From assembly GCA_037032985.1 (NCBI GenBank), contig JAZBLB010000027.1:4295-68294 (forward strand): DNA of 64,000 nt, in the 5' to 3' direction. The stretch is from Bacteroidota bacterium. GTDB taxonomy: Bacteria; Bacteroidota; Bacteroidia; Sphingobacteriales; Sphingobacteriaceae. The notes beneath the pieces were generated by a model. That model did no database searches, had not been told where the DNA came from, and saw only the letters and a program-made list of their open reading frames with translations. Positions 49,138-57,169 of the stretch are shown in pieces. A program made the translations under genes and the position numbers. Each line of letters starts with the position of its first letter. Position 1 is the first letter of the stretch.

Positions 49138-49536
49138 ATGACCATCTTTTCTAAAATTGTTGCAGGAGAAATCAGCGCACATGTGGTTGCTGAAACTGTA
49201 GAATATCTCGCGTTTTTAGATGTTCAGCCCTTAACCGCTGGTCACGTTTTAGTGATTCCAAAAATTGAAGTGGATTATATCTTCGACATGGATGAAGATT
49301 TATTCGTTGGGTTATGGATGTTCGCAAAAATTGTTTCCAAAGGGGTTAAAGCTGCCTTTCCCTGTAAAAAGGTGGGTGTAGCCGTTATTAGCCTGGAAGT
49401 TCCGCATGCACATATCCATTTAATCCCTATGAATACGGTAAATGATATGAACTTTAGTAAGGCAAAATTGAGTCCTACTCAGGAAGAACTGGCTGAGGCC
49501 GCGGAAAAGATAAGACAGGCATTGCTGGAAGATTAA
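49138..49536 (+). CDS. HIT family protein
   Basis: 'TIFSKIVAGEI' and 'VPHAHIHLIP' histidine triad. Confidence 0.95.
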   Translation: MTIFSKIVAGEISAHVVAETVEYLAFLDVQPLTAGHVLVIPKIEVDYIFDMDEDLFVGLWMFAKIVSKGVKAAFPCKKVGVAVISLEVPHAHIHLIPMNTVNDMNFSKAKLSPTQEELAEAAEKIRQALLED

Positions 49537-49650
49537 TCTATTCAGGATCAGTCTAGGTTTATCCAAAGGCATTATTATTCCTGGATATACCCAGACTATT
49601 TGACCCCTCGACGCATTGACCAGTCCGGCTCATTCTCCTCACACCTTAAA

Positions 49651-50541
49651 CTACTTTTTCAAATAAGGATTTTGATTTGGCAGCGGAACAAAATCGGTTT
49701 CTCCAGGAACTGGCTTGAATAACTGTTCCTGCCAATTTTTTTTTGCTGTTTCGATTAGTGCTTTATCAGAGGCAACAAAGTTCCAATAAATAAATCGTTC
49801 CTCAGGGAAGGGTTCGCCACCAAAAATATAAACGGTAGTGTTTTCCAACAGCGTAAATTCACACACTTTCGCCTCATCTGCAATTAAAATCAAGCGTGGT
49901 TTGAACAAATGTCCTTCGCTTTCAATGCCACCTTCCAGAATATAAAGGGCACTTTCGCCAAATAACGCATTGCCAATATTAATTTTTTGCCGAGTGGTAG
50001 TTTTAAGTTCGATGAAATAGAGTGGGCAATACACTGGAACAGGTGATTTTCTGCCAAACGCTTCGCCTGCAATTAGTTTTATTGCTATTCCATCCTGTTC
50101 CCAACTCGGAATATCATTTGCTTCCACATGGAAAAATTCAGGCTCCATCTGTTCCAGGGCTTTTGGCAGAGCTACCCAGATTTGCAGTCCGTGAATCTTT
50201 TTAGCGGTATGGCGTAAATGTGCTGGGGTTCGTTCTGAATGCACAATTCCACTCCCCGCGGTCATCCAGTTCACTTGCCCGGGTTTGATGATAATTGCGG
50301 TACCCAAACTGTCGCGATGTTCAATTTCACCTTCAAAAAGAAAGGTAAGGGTAGATAAGCCAATATGCGGATGAGGAGGAACATCTAAATTTTCATGATC
50401 GCTAATTGTGGCAGGCCCCATGTGATCAATAAAAGCAAAAGGACCAACCATTCTTTTCTCCCTAAATGGGAGCAACCGGCCAACCATAAAATTGCCGATG
50501 TTGGCAGCTCGTTCTTCTATGATGAGTGAGATGTTTGACAT
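49651..50541 (-). CDS. pirin family protein
   Basis: 'GPFAFIDHMG', 'PHPHIGL', 'HRDSLG', 'WMTAGSGIVHSE'. Confidence 0.95.
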   Translation of the reverse strand: MSNISLIIEERAANIGNFMVGRLLPFREKRMVGPFAFIDHMGPATISDHENLDVPPHPHIGLSTLTFLFEGEIEHRDSLGTAIIIKPGQVNWMTAGSGIVHSERTPAHLRHTAKKIHGLQIWVALPKALEQMEPEFFHVEANDIPSWEQDGIAIKLIAGEAFGRKSPVPVYCPLYFIELKTTTRQKINIGNALFGESALYILEGGIESEGHLFKPRLILIADEAKVCEFTLLENTTVYIFGGEPFPEERFIYWNFVASDKALIETAKKNWQEQLFKPVPGETDFVPLPNQNPYLKK

Positions 50542-50652
50542 AACTTGATTTTATGGGAGTGAAATTAAGGAATGTTTTAGTTAACCGCAAAGAATTGAAG
50601 GGAGTAGGTGTTGCACTTCAGTAACCACAACGATATCCCAGGCGGACTAAAG

Positions 50653-51417
50653 TTAAAATTGAGCGGAGTAGCTAAGGCCAACTAATTTGTTTTGGTAAGT
50701 AGGCATAAAGGCGGTATGGGGATGATTCAACGGTTTAAAGAGTTTCTTTAGTTGTGGATAGATTAAATAGGAGAGTTTTGTAGATACTATTCCGATTCCG
50801 GCGCCCGCAACCACATCGCTAAACCAATGTTTGTTATTATACATTCTCAAGGTTCCAGTCGCAATGGCAACCGTATATCCGGCATAGCCGTACCATGGCG
50901 AGATTTCCTTGTATTCTTGTTTCAAAAACTCTGCCGCGGCAAATGCAGTAGCGGTATGTCCTGATGGGAAAGAGTTAAAGGCTGAGCCATCCGGTCGTAG
51001 CCGATGCACGCTACCTTTCATCGTCGAGATTGTTCCGCCCATTACAGTGGTAGATATCGCGTAAATGAAACTGGCATCTTTCAGCGTATTTTTTCCTTTA
51101 ATGCCTGATAGATGTAATAAGAAGACGGCCGCCGCAGGTGCAAATTGGCTATAATTATCAACATGAGCGGCGAACCTAGGATGATCTTCCTGCAATTCTG
51201 CCCGCGTATCAAAGTCAAGGGTGTTAAAAGGGTTTTTGTCGAGGGCAATAATGCCATAAGTAAGAAATGCCGCTGGGATAATAAAAGCGGGGATTTGAGG
51301 CTTATAATGATAAATACTTTCAATACTGTCTGGTTGCTGGCCAAACGAATGAAGGCTAAACGAGATGAACAGAAGTGTAATAACACTTCTAAGGGGTTGA
51401 TTTTTGATGGCTTCCGT
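50653..51417 (-). CDS. PAP2-family phosphatase; reading frame open to an ACG at 51417
   Basis: 'RLRPDG', 'SFPSGHT' and 'RMYNNKHWFSDV' PAP2 motifs. 74 in-frame codons upstream of the TTG at 51195 encode a signal-peptide-like segment and a hydrophobic helix, with no ATG/GTG/TTG. Confidence 0.8.
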   Translation of the reverse strand, partial: TEAIKNQPLRSVITLLFISFSLHSFGQQPDSIESIYHYKPQIPAFIIPAAFLTYGIIALDKNPFNTLDFDTRAELQEDHPRFAAHVDNYSQFAPAAAVFLLHLSGIKGKNTLKDASFIYAISTTVMGGTISTMKGSVHRLRPDGSAFNSFPSGHTATAFAAAEFLKQEYKEISPWYGYAGYTVAIATGTLRMYNNKHWFSDVVAGAGIGIVSTKLSYLIYPQLKKLFKPLNHPHTAFMPTYQNKLVGLSYSAQF

Positions 51418-51494
51418 CTATTAGTTAAATAAGATAAGTATTATTCCGCAATAACAGTCAAATTCCGCTTATTGTTAACTGGACTTATACCAAA

Positions 51495-51516
51495 AAAGCA
51501 CCTCGAAAGGTGCTTT
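51495..51516 (-). terminator. terminator of the ArsR-oxidoreductase operon
   Basis: AAAGCACCT-CGAA-AGGTGCTTT with an A-run to the left (T-run on the minus strand). Confidence 0.75.
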
Positions 51517-51542
51517 CTAAACGATATAACTAGAAGACGCAA

Positions 51543-52643
51543 TTAAACGAGTTCCGCTAAAGCTTCTTTGCTGAAACCTTTCAACTCCTCTAGACGGTTG
51601 TTTTTAATTTTTTCCACCCACCTTGCATCAGATAATAACGGGCGGCCCACTGCGATTAAATCGAAATCACCACGATCCATTCTACGTACCAATTCATCTA
51701 ATGAACTCGGCTGAGAACTTTGTCCGGCGAATGCGCCAAAAAAATCACCATCTAAACCAACCGAGCCCACAGAGATCGTTGTCTTACCTGTAATTTTCTT
51801 CGCCCAGCCTGCGAAGTTTAAATCAGACCCCTCGAACTCTGGTTCCCAGAAACGACGTTGAGAACAATGCAAAATATCCACGCCTGCCTCTACCAATGGG
51901 GTTAACCATTGCTCCATTTCCACTTCATTTTTGGCCATTTTAAAGTCATATGCAGCAGGTTTGAATTGCGATAAACGAATAATTAGAGCGAAATCTTCAC
52001 CCACACGTTTACGGACTTCTTTGATTACCTCTACCGCAAAACGGGTACGTTCTGCCAAGGTTTTGCCACCATAAATGTCGGTGCGGGTATTGGTTGCATC
52101 CCAAAAAAACTGATCAATTAAATATTGGTGGGCACCATGAATTTCAACGGTATCATAACCTAATGCTTTTGCATCGGCTGCGGCCTGACCAAAGGCAGCA
52201 ATGGTATCTGCAATCGCAGAATCTGTCATCGGTACGCCGTTTTCAAAACCTGGTCTTTGCAAAGCAGATGGACCTTCGAAAGGAGTACTCGGCAACCAAC
52301 CCGAAGCATGATTGTCCATAACACCCTGATGCCAAATCTGTGGACCCATTTGCCCACCGGCAGCGTGAACATCATTAATCACTTTTTGCCATCCGGCCAA
52401 AGCCTGCTCCCCATAAAAGTGAGGAATATTTGGATCTGCAGAAGACGAGGGGCGGTTAATGACTGTTCCCTCAGATAAAATCAACCCTACCTCGCCTGCA
52501 GCTCTCTTGCTGTAATATTCCGCGACAGCATCAGTAGGGATACCATTTGGAGAGAAAGACCTGGTCATTGGGGCCATTACAATTCTGTTTTTGGTGTTTA
52601 ATGTTTTTAAGTTGAAAGGCTTAAATAAACTATCTGTGTTCAT
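51543..52643 (-). CDS. NADH:flavin oxidoreductase (Old Yellow Enzyme family)
   Basis: 'NRIVMAPMTR', 'QIWHQG', 'EIHGAHQYLIDQF', 'NTRTDIYGG', 'AVGRPLL'. Confidence 0.93.
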   Translation of the reverse strand: MNTDSLFKPFNLKTLNTKNRIVMAPMTRSFSPNGIPTDAVAEYYSKRAAGEVGLILSEGTVINRPSSSADPNIPHFYGEQALAGWQKVINDVHAAGGQMGPQIWHQGVMDNHASGWLPSTPFEGPSALQRPGFENGVPMTDSAIADTIAAFGQAAADAKALGYDTVEIHGAHQYLIDQFFWDATNTRTDIYGGKTLAERTRFAVEVIKEVRKRVGEDFALIIRLSQFKPAAYDFKMAKNEVEMEQWLTPLVEAGVDILHCSQRRFWEPEFEGSDLNFAGWAKKITGKTTISVGSVGLDGDFFGAFAGQSSQPSSLDELVRRMDRGDFDLIAVGRPLLSDARWVEKIKNNRLEELKGFSKEALAELV

Positions 52644-52655
52644 ATATTTCTGGTT

Positions 52656-52958
52656 TTATAATTCTTTACTAATGATTTCAGTCAACTGTTTCAATCCCTC
52701 TTCACTGCGTTTGTAATATGTCCACTGACCCACTCGGGTAGCTGAAACTAACTTCGCACGCTGCAAAATGGAAAGGTATTCAGATATGGTGCTTTGAGAT
52801 AAACCCGCTTTAATTTGAATCTGACCAACACAAACACCCACATTTTCAAAATCGGGATTAAGTTGATCAGGAAAATTTAGAGAAGGGTCTTTAAGCCAGC
52901 TTAAAATTTGCAAACGGGTTTTATTGGATAATGCTTTAAAGATTTCTACTTGATCCAT
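52656..52958 (-). CDS. ArsR/SmtB-family regulator
   Basis: 'FKALSNKTRLQIL', 'LSQSTISEYLSIL', 'RVGQWTYY'; start reassigned to 52958. Confidence 0.9.
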   Translation of the reverse strand: MDQVEIFKALSNKTRLQILSWLKDPSLNFPDQLNPDFENVGVCVGQIQIKAGLSQSTISEYLSILQRAKLVSATRVGQWTYYKRSEEGLKQLTEIISKEL

Positions 52959-52962
52959 GCAG

Positions 52963-52990
52963 CAAATATATATCGGCTTTTCCCGATATA
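52963..52990 (-). promoter_or_regulatory. -7 box overlapped by an 8-6-8 palindromic operator
   Basis: TATATTTG on the minus strand (52963-52970); TATATCGG-CTTTTC-CCGATATA (52969-52990). Confidence 0.65.
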
Positions 52991-53235
52991 CCAATTAATC
53001 TGTTCAAGTTTACATTCGTGTGTAAAACCTATTGGTTGAAAAATAAAAAGATCAGCAAATCAAGCTGGTTTTGAACTAGGGGAGGATAGGATTTCCGAGC
53101 AAAAGCGCCAGAAAAAATAGGTTAGAAAAAGAACGGGGATAAATCATACCGACCTATCCCCGTCATCTAAATTAACGCTCTCATATACATAAACAACCAA
53201 AAGGATGTTTTATTATATGAGGGTGAAAATATTTT

Positions 53236-53823
53236 TTACTTTTTTAAAGCAGGCTTTTTTGTAGCCGCTTTAGGCTTGGCAATTTCTGTTGCTTCAGCTG
53301 GTGTTTCAGTTTTCTTTTTTGCAGGCGCCCTCACTTTTTTTACTGCTAAAATGGGTTCTTCACCGCTTTCCGCCTTTTTCTTGGCTGGTACTTTTGGTTT
53401 TTTTATTTCCGCAGCAGCAGTTTCTCCAGTGTCCGCGTTCTTTTTAACAGGCGCTTTTACTTTCTTGGGTTCAGCAGCTTCTGCTTTGGTTGTCACCTCT
53501 TTTTTTGATGCTGCTTTTGGCTTCTCTAGTTCAATTTCAGGAGTCTTTACAGCTTCTTCTTCCACTTTGGCTGCCTTAGGGGTGTCAGCATTTTGAAGGT
53601 AGTTCGCTAAAACTTGTTTTAGGTAAATCTCGGGCTTTGGCATGTTGATGATAGAGCCCTGTTCTTTATCCTGAGACTGTTTAATGTAAGCAGATTTAAT
53701 CTTTCCCCAATCTTTTGAGTAAAGTCTGATAAACATTTCAACAAATTGTTCATCTGTATATTTTTTAGGCAACCTACCCAGCACTGCCTGAATTTTTTCT
53801 TCTTTTTTATGTAATACCGCCAT
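53236..53823 (-). CDS. hypothetical protein with an N-terminal helical domain and a Lys/Ala/Glu/Pro repeat tail
   Basis: About 75-aa N-terminal domain followed by ~21-aa KKxKAPAKK repeats. Confidence 0.75.
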   Translation of the reverse strand: MAVLHKKEEKIQAVLGRLPKKYTDEQFVEMFIRLYSKDWGKIKSAYIKQSQDKEQGSIINMPKPEIYLKQVLANYLQNADTPKAAKVEEEAVKTPEIELEKPKAASKKEVTTKAEAAEPKKVKAPVKKNADTGETAAAEIKKPKVPAKKKAESGEEPILAVKKVRAPAKKKTETPAEATEIAKPKAATKKPALKK

Positions 53824-53968
53824 CGAATTAATTTTGCGTAAAGATAGCCTAAAAATATGATTATCAGTTTTAACCTTTTTATGGTGAATTATTTACGGTT
53901 AAAACAAGGTTTGCCCTGAAAATGGGCTTAAATATTGTCTCCCGTTTGCAGCACGAAAAGCAACCGGT

Positions 53969-54187
53969 TTACTTTTTCCAACCTTTCTTCATTTTTTTGT
54001 ATGCCTTCTTGCTCACCTTCGATTTTTTCTTTGAGCGCGATTTACCTTTTTTCTTGCGGGCATTAATATTATTTACCAACGAATTCTTTACGCCGAGTTT
54101 ATTCTTCTTCGAACTTCCTTTTTTCTTTTTATCCTTCTTCTTGCCACCTTTTTTCTTAGTTGTTTTGTTCTTTTTCTCTTTTGCCAT
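53969..54187 (-). CDS. very basic 72-aa protein
   Basis: 34 Lys in 72 aa; less degenerate segment 'NSLVNNINARKKKGKSRSKKKSKVSKKAY'; A-rich upstream context. Confidence 0.6.
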   Translation of the reverse strand: MAKEKKNKTTKKKGGKKKDKKKKGSSKKNKLGVKNSLVNNINARKKKGKSRSKKKSKVSKKAYKKMKKGWKK

Positions 54188-54313
54188 GGTATCTATTGGG
54201 TTAGTATATGATCATAACCTAAACGCTGGTGAAATGTTCGCAAGTAAAGGTACCCGTTAGTGATTATCGAATAGAAGGAGAAAAATTAAGACTCAAAACA
54301 TTAGCAACGAAAA

Positions 54314-54351
54314 AAGCTGACCTTCAGCTCTTCAGCTCAAGGTCAGCTTCA
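54314..54351. terminator. hairpin downstream of the SusCD-phosphatase operon (approximate ends)
   Basis: AAGCTGACCTT...AAGGTCAGCTT, an 11-bp stem. Confidence 0.6.
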
Positions 54352-54366
54352 TCAGTATAGGAACAC

Positions 54367-55458
54367 CTACTTAAATACCGTCTTAATGGGATTTCCTACC
54401 TCGTGCCCGGCAGATGCTTTGAAATCGAAGCCCAGTAAGAGAGCGAGGGTTTGTGCTAATTGTTTATGGTAAATTGTTGTCGGGGTCTTTATTTCACCGC
54501 TTGGTGGTGTATCCGGACCTAAAATAGCAAACCAGGTGTTTTCAGCCCCTTTAATGGTTGAGCCGTGGTCACGCCACTCATCCAGCGGAACATCTCCCCG
54601 CCCATGGTCACAAGTAATAAGTAGGGTAGTGGAATCTTTGTAAAAAGGGTCGTTCTGAATGATTTCCCATAAGTTTTGGATGTATCCATCTTCTTGTTTG
54701 GCCCGGTCAAGGTAAAATTTGTAATTACCTGCGTGGGCCATATCATCGGTTTCATCAAAAGCCATGTAAAGCACCCTTGGGTGATGTTGTTTAAGGTATT
54801 CCTTACTAAATTCATAAGTGATGAAATCAAGCCGGGTAGAATCGCCTAAATAATGTGGTACCTGATGCTGGAGTTCGTTCAGGTATTTCAACCTTAAATT
54901 GCTGTCGGCGTTTTTTACATCTGCATAACCTGAGTACACCGGTAAAGCTGACCGACTCGTGTTTAAAATCTGTGGAAAACGCTCCCAGGATGAAAATGCG
55001 ACTACTTTGTCTTCCAATCCTTTTTGTTTATTTAGGAACTCCAGGACGTTCATGTTTGGATTGGCAACGGCATCATTGGTATTCATCCTGACATCTGGAA
55101 AACCAGTAAATATCTCATTATAACCCGGATAAGAAAACCGGTATGGATTGGATAATTCTTCTTTATTTCCTAGATCTCTATTGCCATAGATTTGTCCTTG
55201 TATGGCTAGGGTCTTCCAAAGAAAGGGGGAAAGCATCTGGCGCCTTTCAGTAACAGAAGGGGTCCAATATTTTTTCCGCACTTGGTCTTTATCTTCGGTG
55301 TATTTGGAATTGATAAGTGCAGAATCGGTGCCTCTGAATATTTCCTGCCAGCGTAAGCCGTCGAGGGTAACAATGATTATGTTTTTTGTTTTCCTGGCTT
55401 GGCTAAAGCATAAGGATGCAGCGGTGGTTAATGCTACAACCAGTATTAATTTTTTCAT
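54367..55458 (-). CDS. exported alkaline-phosphatase-superfamily metalloenzyme
   Basis: Signal peptide; 'IVTLDGLRW', 'SYPGY..IFTG', 'ETDDMAH' and 'TCDHGRG' metal-binding motifs. Confidence 0.8.
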   Translation of the reverse strand: MKKLILVVALTTAASLCFSQARKTKNIIIVTLDGLRWQEIFRGTDSALINSKYTEDKDQVRKKYWTPSVTERRQMLSPFLWKTLAIQGQIYGNRDLGNKEELSNPYRFSYPGYNEIFTGFPDVRMNTNDAVANPNMNVLEFLNKQKGLEDKVVAFSSWERFPQILNTSRSALPVYSGYADVKNADSNLRLKYLNELQHQVPHYLGDSTRLDFITYEFSKEYLKQHHPRVLYMAFDETDDMAHAGNYKFYLDRAKQEDGYIQNLWEIIQNDPFYKDSTTLLITCDHGRGDVPLDEWRDHGSTIKGAENTWFAILGPDTPPSGEIKTPTTIYHKQLAQTLALLLGFDFKASAGHEVGNPIKTVFK

Positions 55459-55550
55459 ATTTCAGCTAAATAAATAGGGTTCTTGATGAGCTGTCTTCAT
55501 CTCTTTAAAAAGGAATGAACAATGCCATGACGACACCTTCTTAACACGGG

Positions 55551-57149
55551 TTATTTTAAAATCCACATGATGCCGTTAATGTCATCATTGCCATTAAACT
55601 GACTGGCAAGTGCCCCTTGGTAATTTTTTGCATTGGCGGTACGCTCAGCAGTTGGATATTTGAACCGCTGGGCAATTCTGTTTCCATTGCCTGTTCCAGG
55701 TCCGGTGGTAAATGCCGGAATTCCAGTTCTGCGGTAGCTGAAGTAAGACTCTAAGCCGGAATGCCTGAATAGGGCCAGGTACTTCTGTTGCAGAATTTGC
55801 GTAATTCCCGTTGTCCCCGCCGTATACTTAACCGTGGGCTGGTTATAATAGCTATTGAAATCGATCGGAATAACAAAAGTATCATAGTTGGCGAGATTGG
55901 TGACATCCTGAGACCCCGGGCGGTAGAAATAAGCGGTGTAATTTCCATTTTCCGGAAGGCCGTAGGAGCCCATAGAGGCTTTAATGCCGGCCATGTAATA
56001 AGTTTCAGCATTTCCGGTAGCCCACCCCCTATTAAGTCCTTCGGCAATGTTTAGCATCAGCTCAGCATAACCAATCTGAATACTTGGCTCACCAGTGTAA
56101 GTCGAGTAAAAGCGCTTACGGTTGATAAAAGAGAACTTCTGCAAACCTGCATTATTATACATCATCCCTAAATCTAAACCGGCATCTGCACCAATAAAAG
56201 ATGCGAAATCTGTTGCGCTTTGCTTGACATTATCAACTAAATCTCTGGAAGGTTCGGCAGTGGCATAAACCCTTGGATCCTTCAGGCGCGTAAGCAGACC
56301 AATATAAGTTGCAGAGGAGTTTTTTCGGGATCCGCTTTGTCCGAAATTGTTCGGGTTTTGAGGGTAGTAGTTATTTGGCGCCACAAAAGTATATTGAAGG
56401 TTATCCGCTGGGCTTTCCATTAAAGGGTATTTTGCTGGATTGGCTAAGATGCTCGCAAACTGGGTAGCCACATTTAAGTCCGGATCTGTTACTTTCTTGC
56501 TCAATTGGAGCAACAGTCTGATCTTTAGGGTATTTACTGTTTTTTGCCATTTACGCAAGTCATTATTGAAATAGATATCGTTGCTCAACGTTGCCCCAAC
56601 ACCTGAACCAAAATTAGCCGGGTTTTTAATTAATTGATCCAGATCGCTATTGGCACTTTCAAGTAAGGCCAGGCATTGTTGCATAACCGTTTTTTGAGAG
56701 TCGTAGACTGGCTCGAGTGTGTCCAGGCCTTTTAAGGCCTGTGTCATTGGGATATCGCCCATTTCTAAACTCATTTTACTAAAAAAGTAGGCTCTGAAGA
56801 ATTTGCCCAGCGCCTCATATGGATTAATCGCAGCACCACCAGTCGCACCGGCACGTTTTTCCATTTCCACGACGTTTTTTAGCACCGTATAGTAGTCATC
56901 GCCAGCGCCAAGATCATAGCGATTATTGCCATAATAATCGTAGTTATTGAGGTAATACTGACTATAGGTTTCTTTTGAGCCATCCGGCAGATCTGCCAGA
57001 TTAACTAACACACCATTAAACAGAAGGGCTGCAGATACAGCATTTGGCTTATTGGTATTTTCAGCGAGCTCTTCAAAACTCTTTTTACAGCCGGTTGCCA
57101 GGATAATCACCACCAATGGCAACAGGGATATAGAAACTAATTTTTTCAT
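55551..57149 (-). CDS. SusD/RagB-family lipoprotein
   Basis: Lipobox ATGC, 'GDIPMTQAL', 'KWQKTVNTLKIRLLL', 'YAELMLNIAE', 'RRTGIP'; directly downstream of SusC. Confidence 0.92.
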   Translation of the reverse strand: MKKLVSISLLPLVVIILATGCKKSFEELAENTNKPNAVSAALLFNGVLVNLADLPDGSKETYSQYYLNNYDYYGNNRYDLGAGDDYYTVLKNVVEMEKRAGATGGAAINPYEALGKFFRAYFFSKMSLEMGDIPMTQALKGLDTLEPVYDSQKTVMQQCLALLESANSDLDQLIKNPANFGSGVGATLSNDIYFNNDLRKWQKTVNTLKIRLLLQLSKKVTDPDLNVATQFASILANPAKYPLMESPADNLQYTFVAPNNYYPQNPNNFGQSGSRKNSSATYIGLLTRLKDPRVYATAEPSRDLVDNVKQSATDFASFIGADAGLDLGMMYNNAGLQKFSFINRKRFYSTYTGEPSIQIGYAELMLNIAEGLNRGWATGNAETYYMAGIKASMGSYGLPENGNYTAYFYRPGSQDVTNLANYDTFVIPIDFNSYYNQPTVKYTAGTTGITQILQQKYLALFRHSGLESYFSYRRTGIPAFTTGPGTGNGNRIAQRFKYPTAERTANAKNYQGALASQFNGNDDINGIMWILK

Positions 57150-57169
57150 AATTTTCAGTGTATTCAAGA

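Noticed and set aside
51081-51432. ORFs 51081..51386 (-) and 51145..51432 (+)
   Set aside because: The region is better explained by the 5' extension of the PAP2 frame, which encodes a coherent signal peptide and TM helix.
53922-54260. Phe/Leu-rich 112-aa plus-strand ORF (also 53276..53596)
   Set aside because: They are antisense mirrors of the Lys-rich genes (AAA/AAG read as TTT/CTT).
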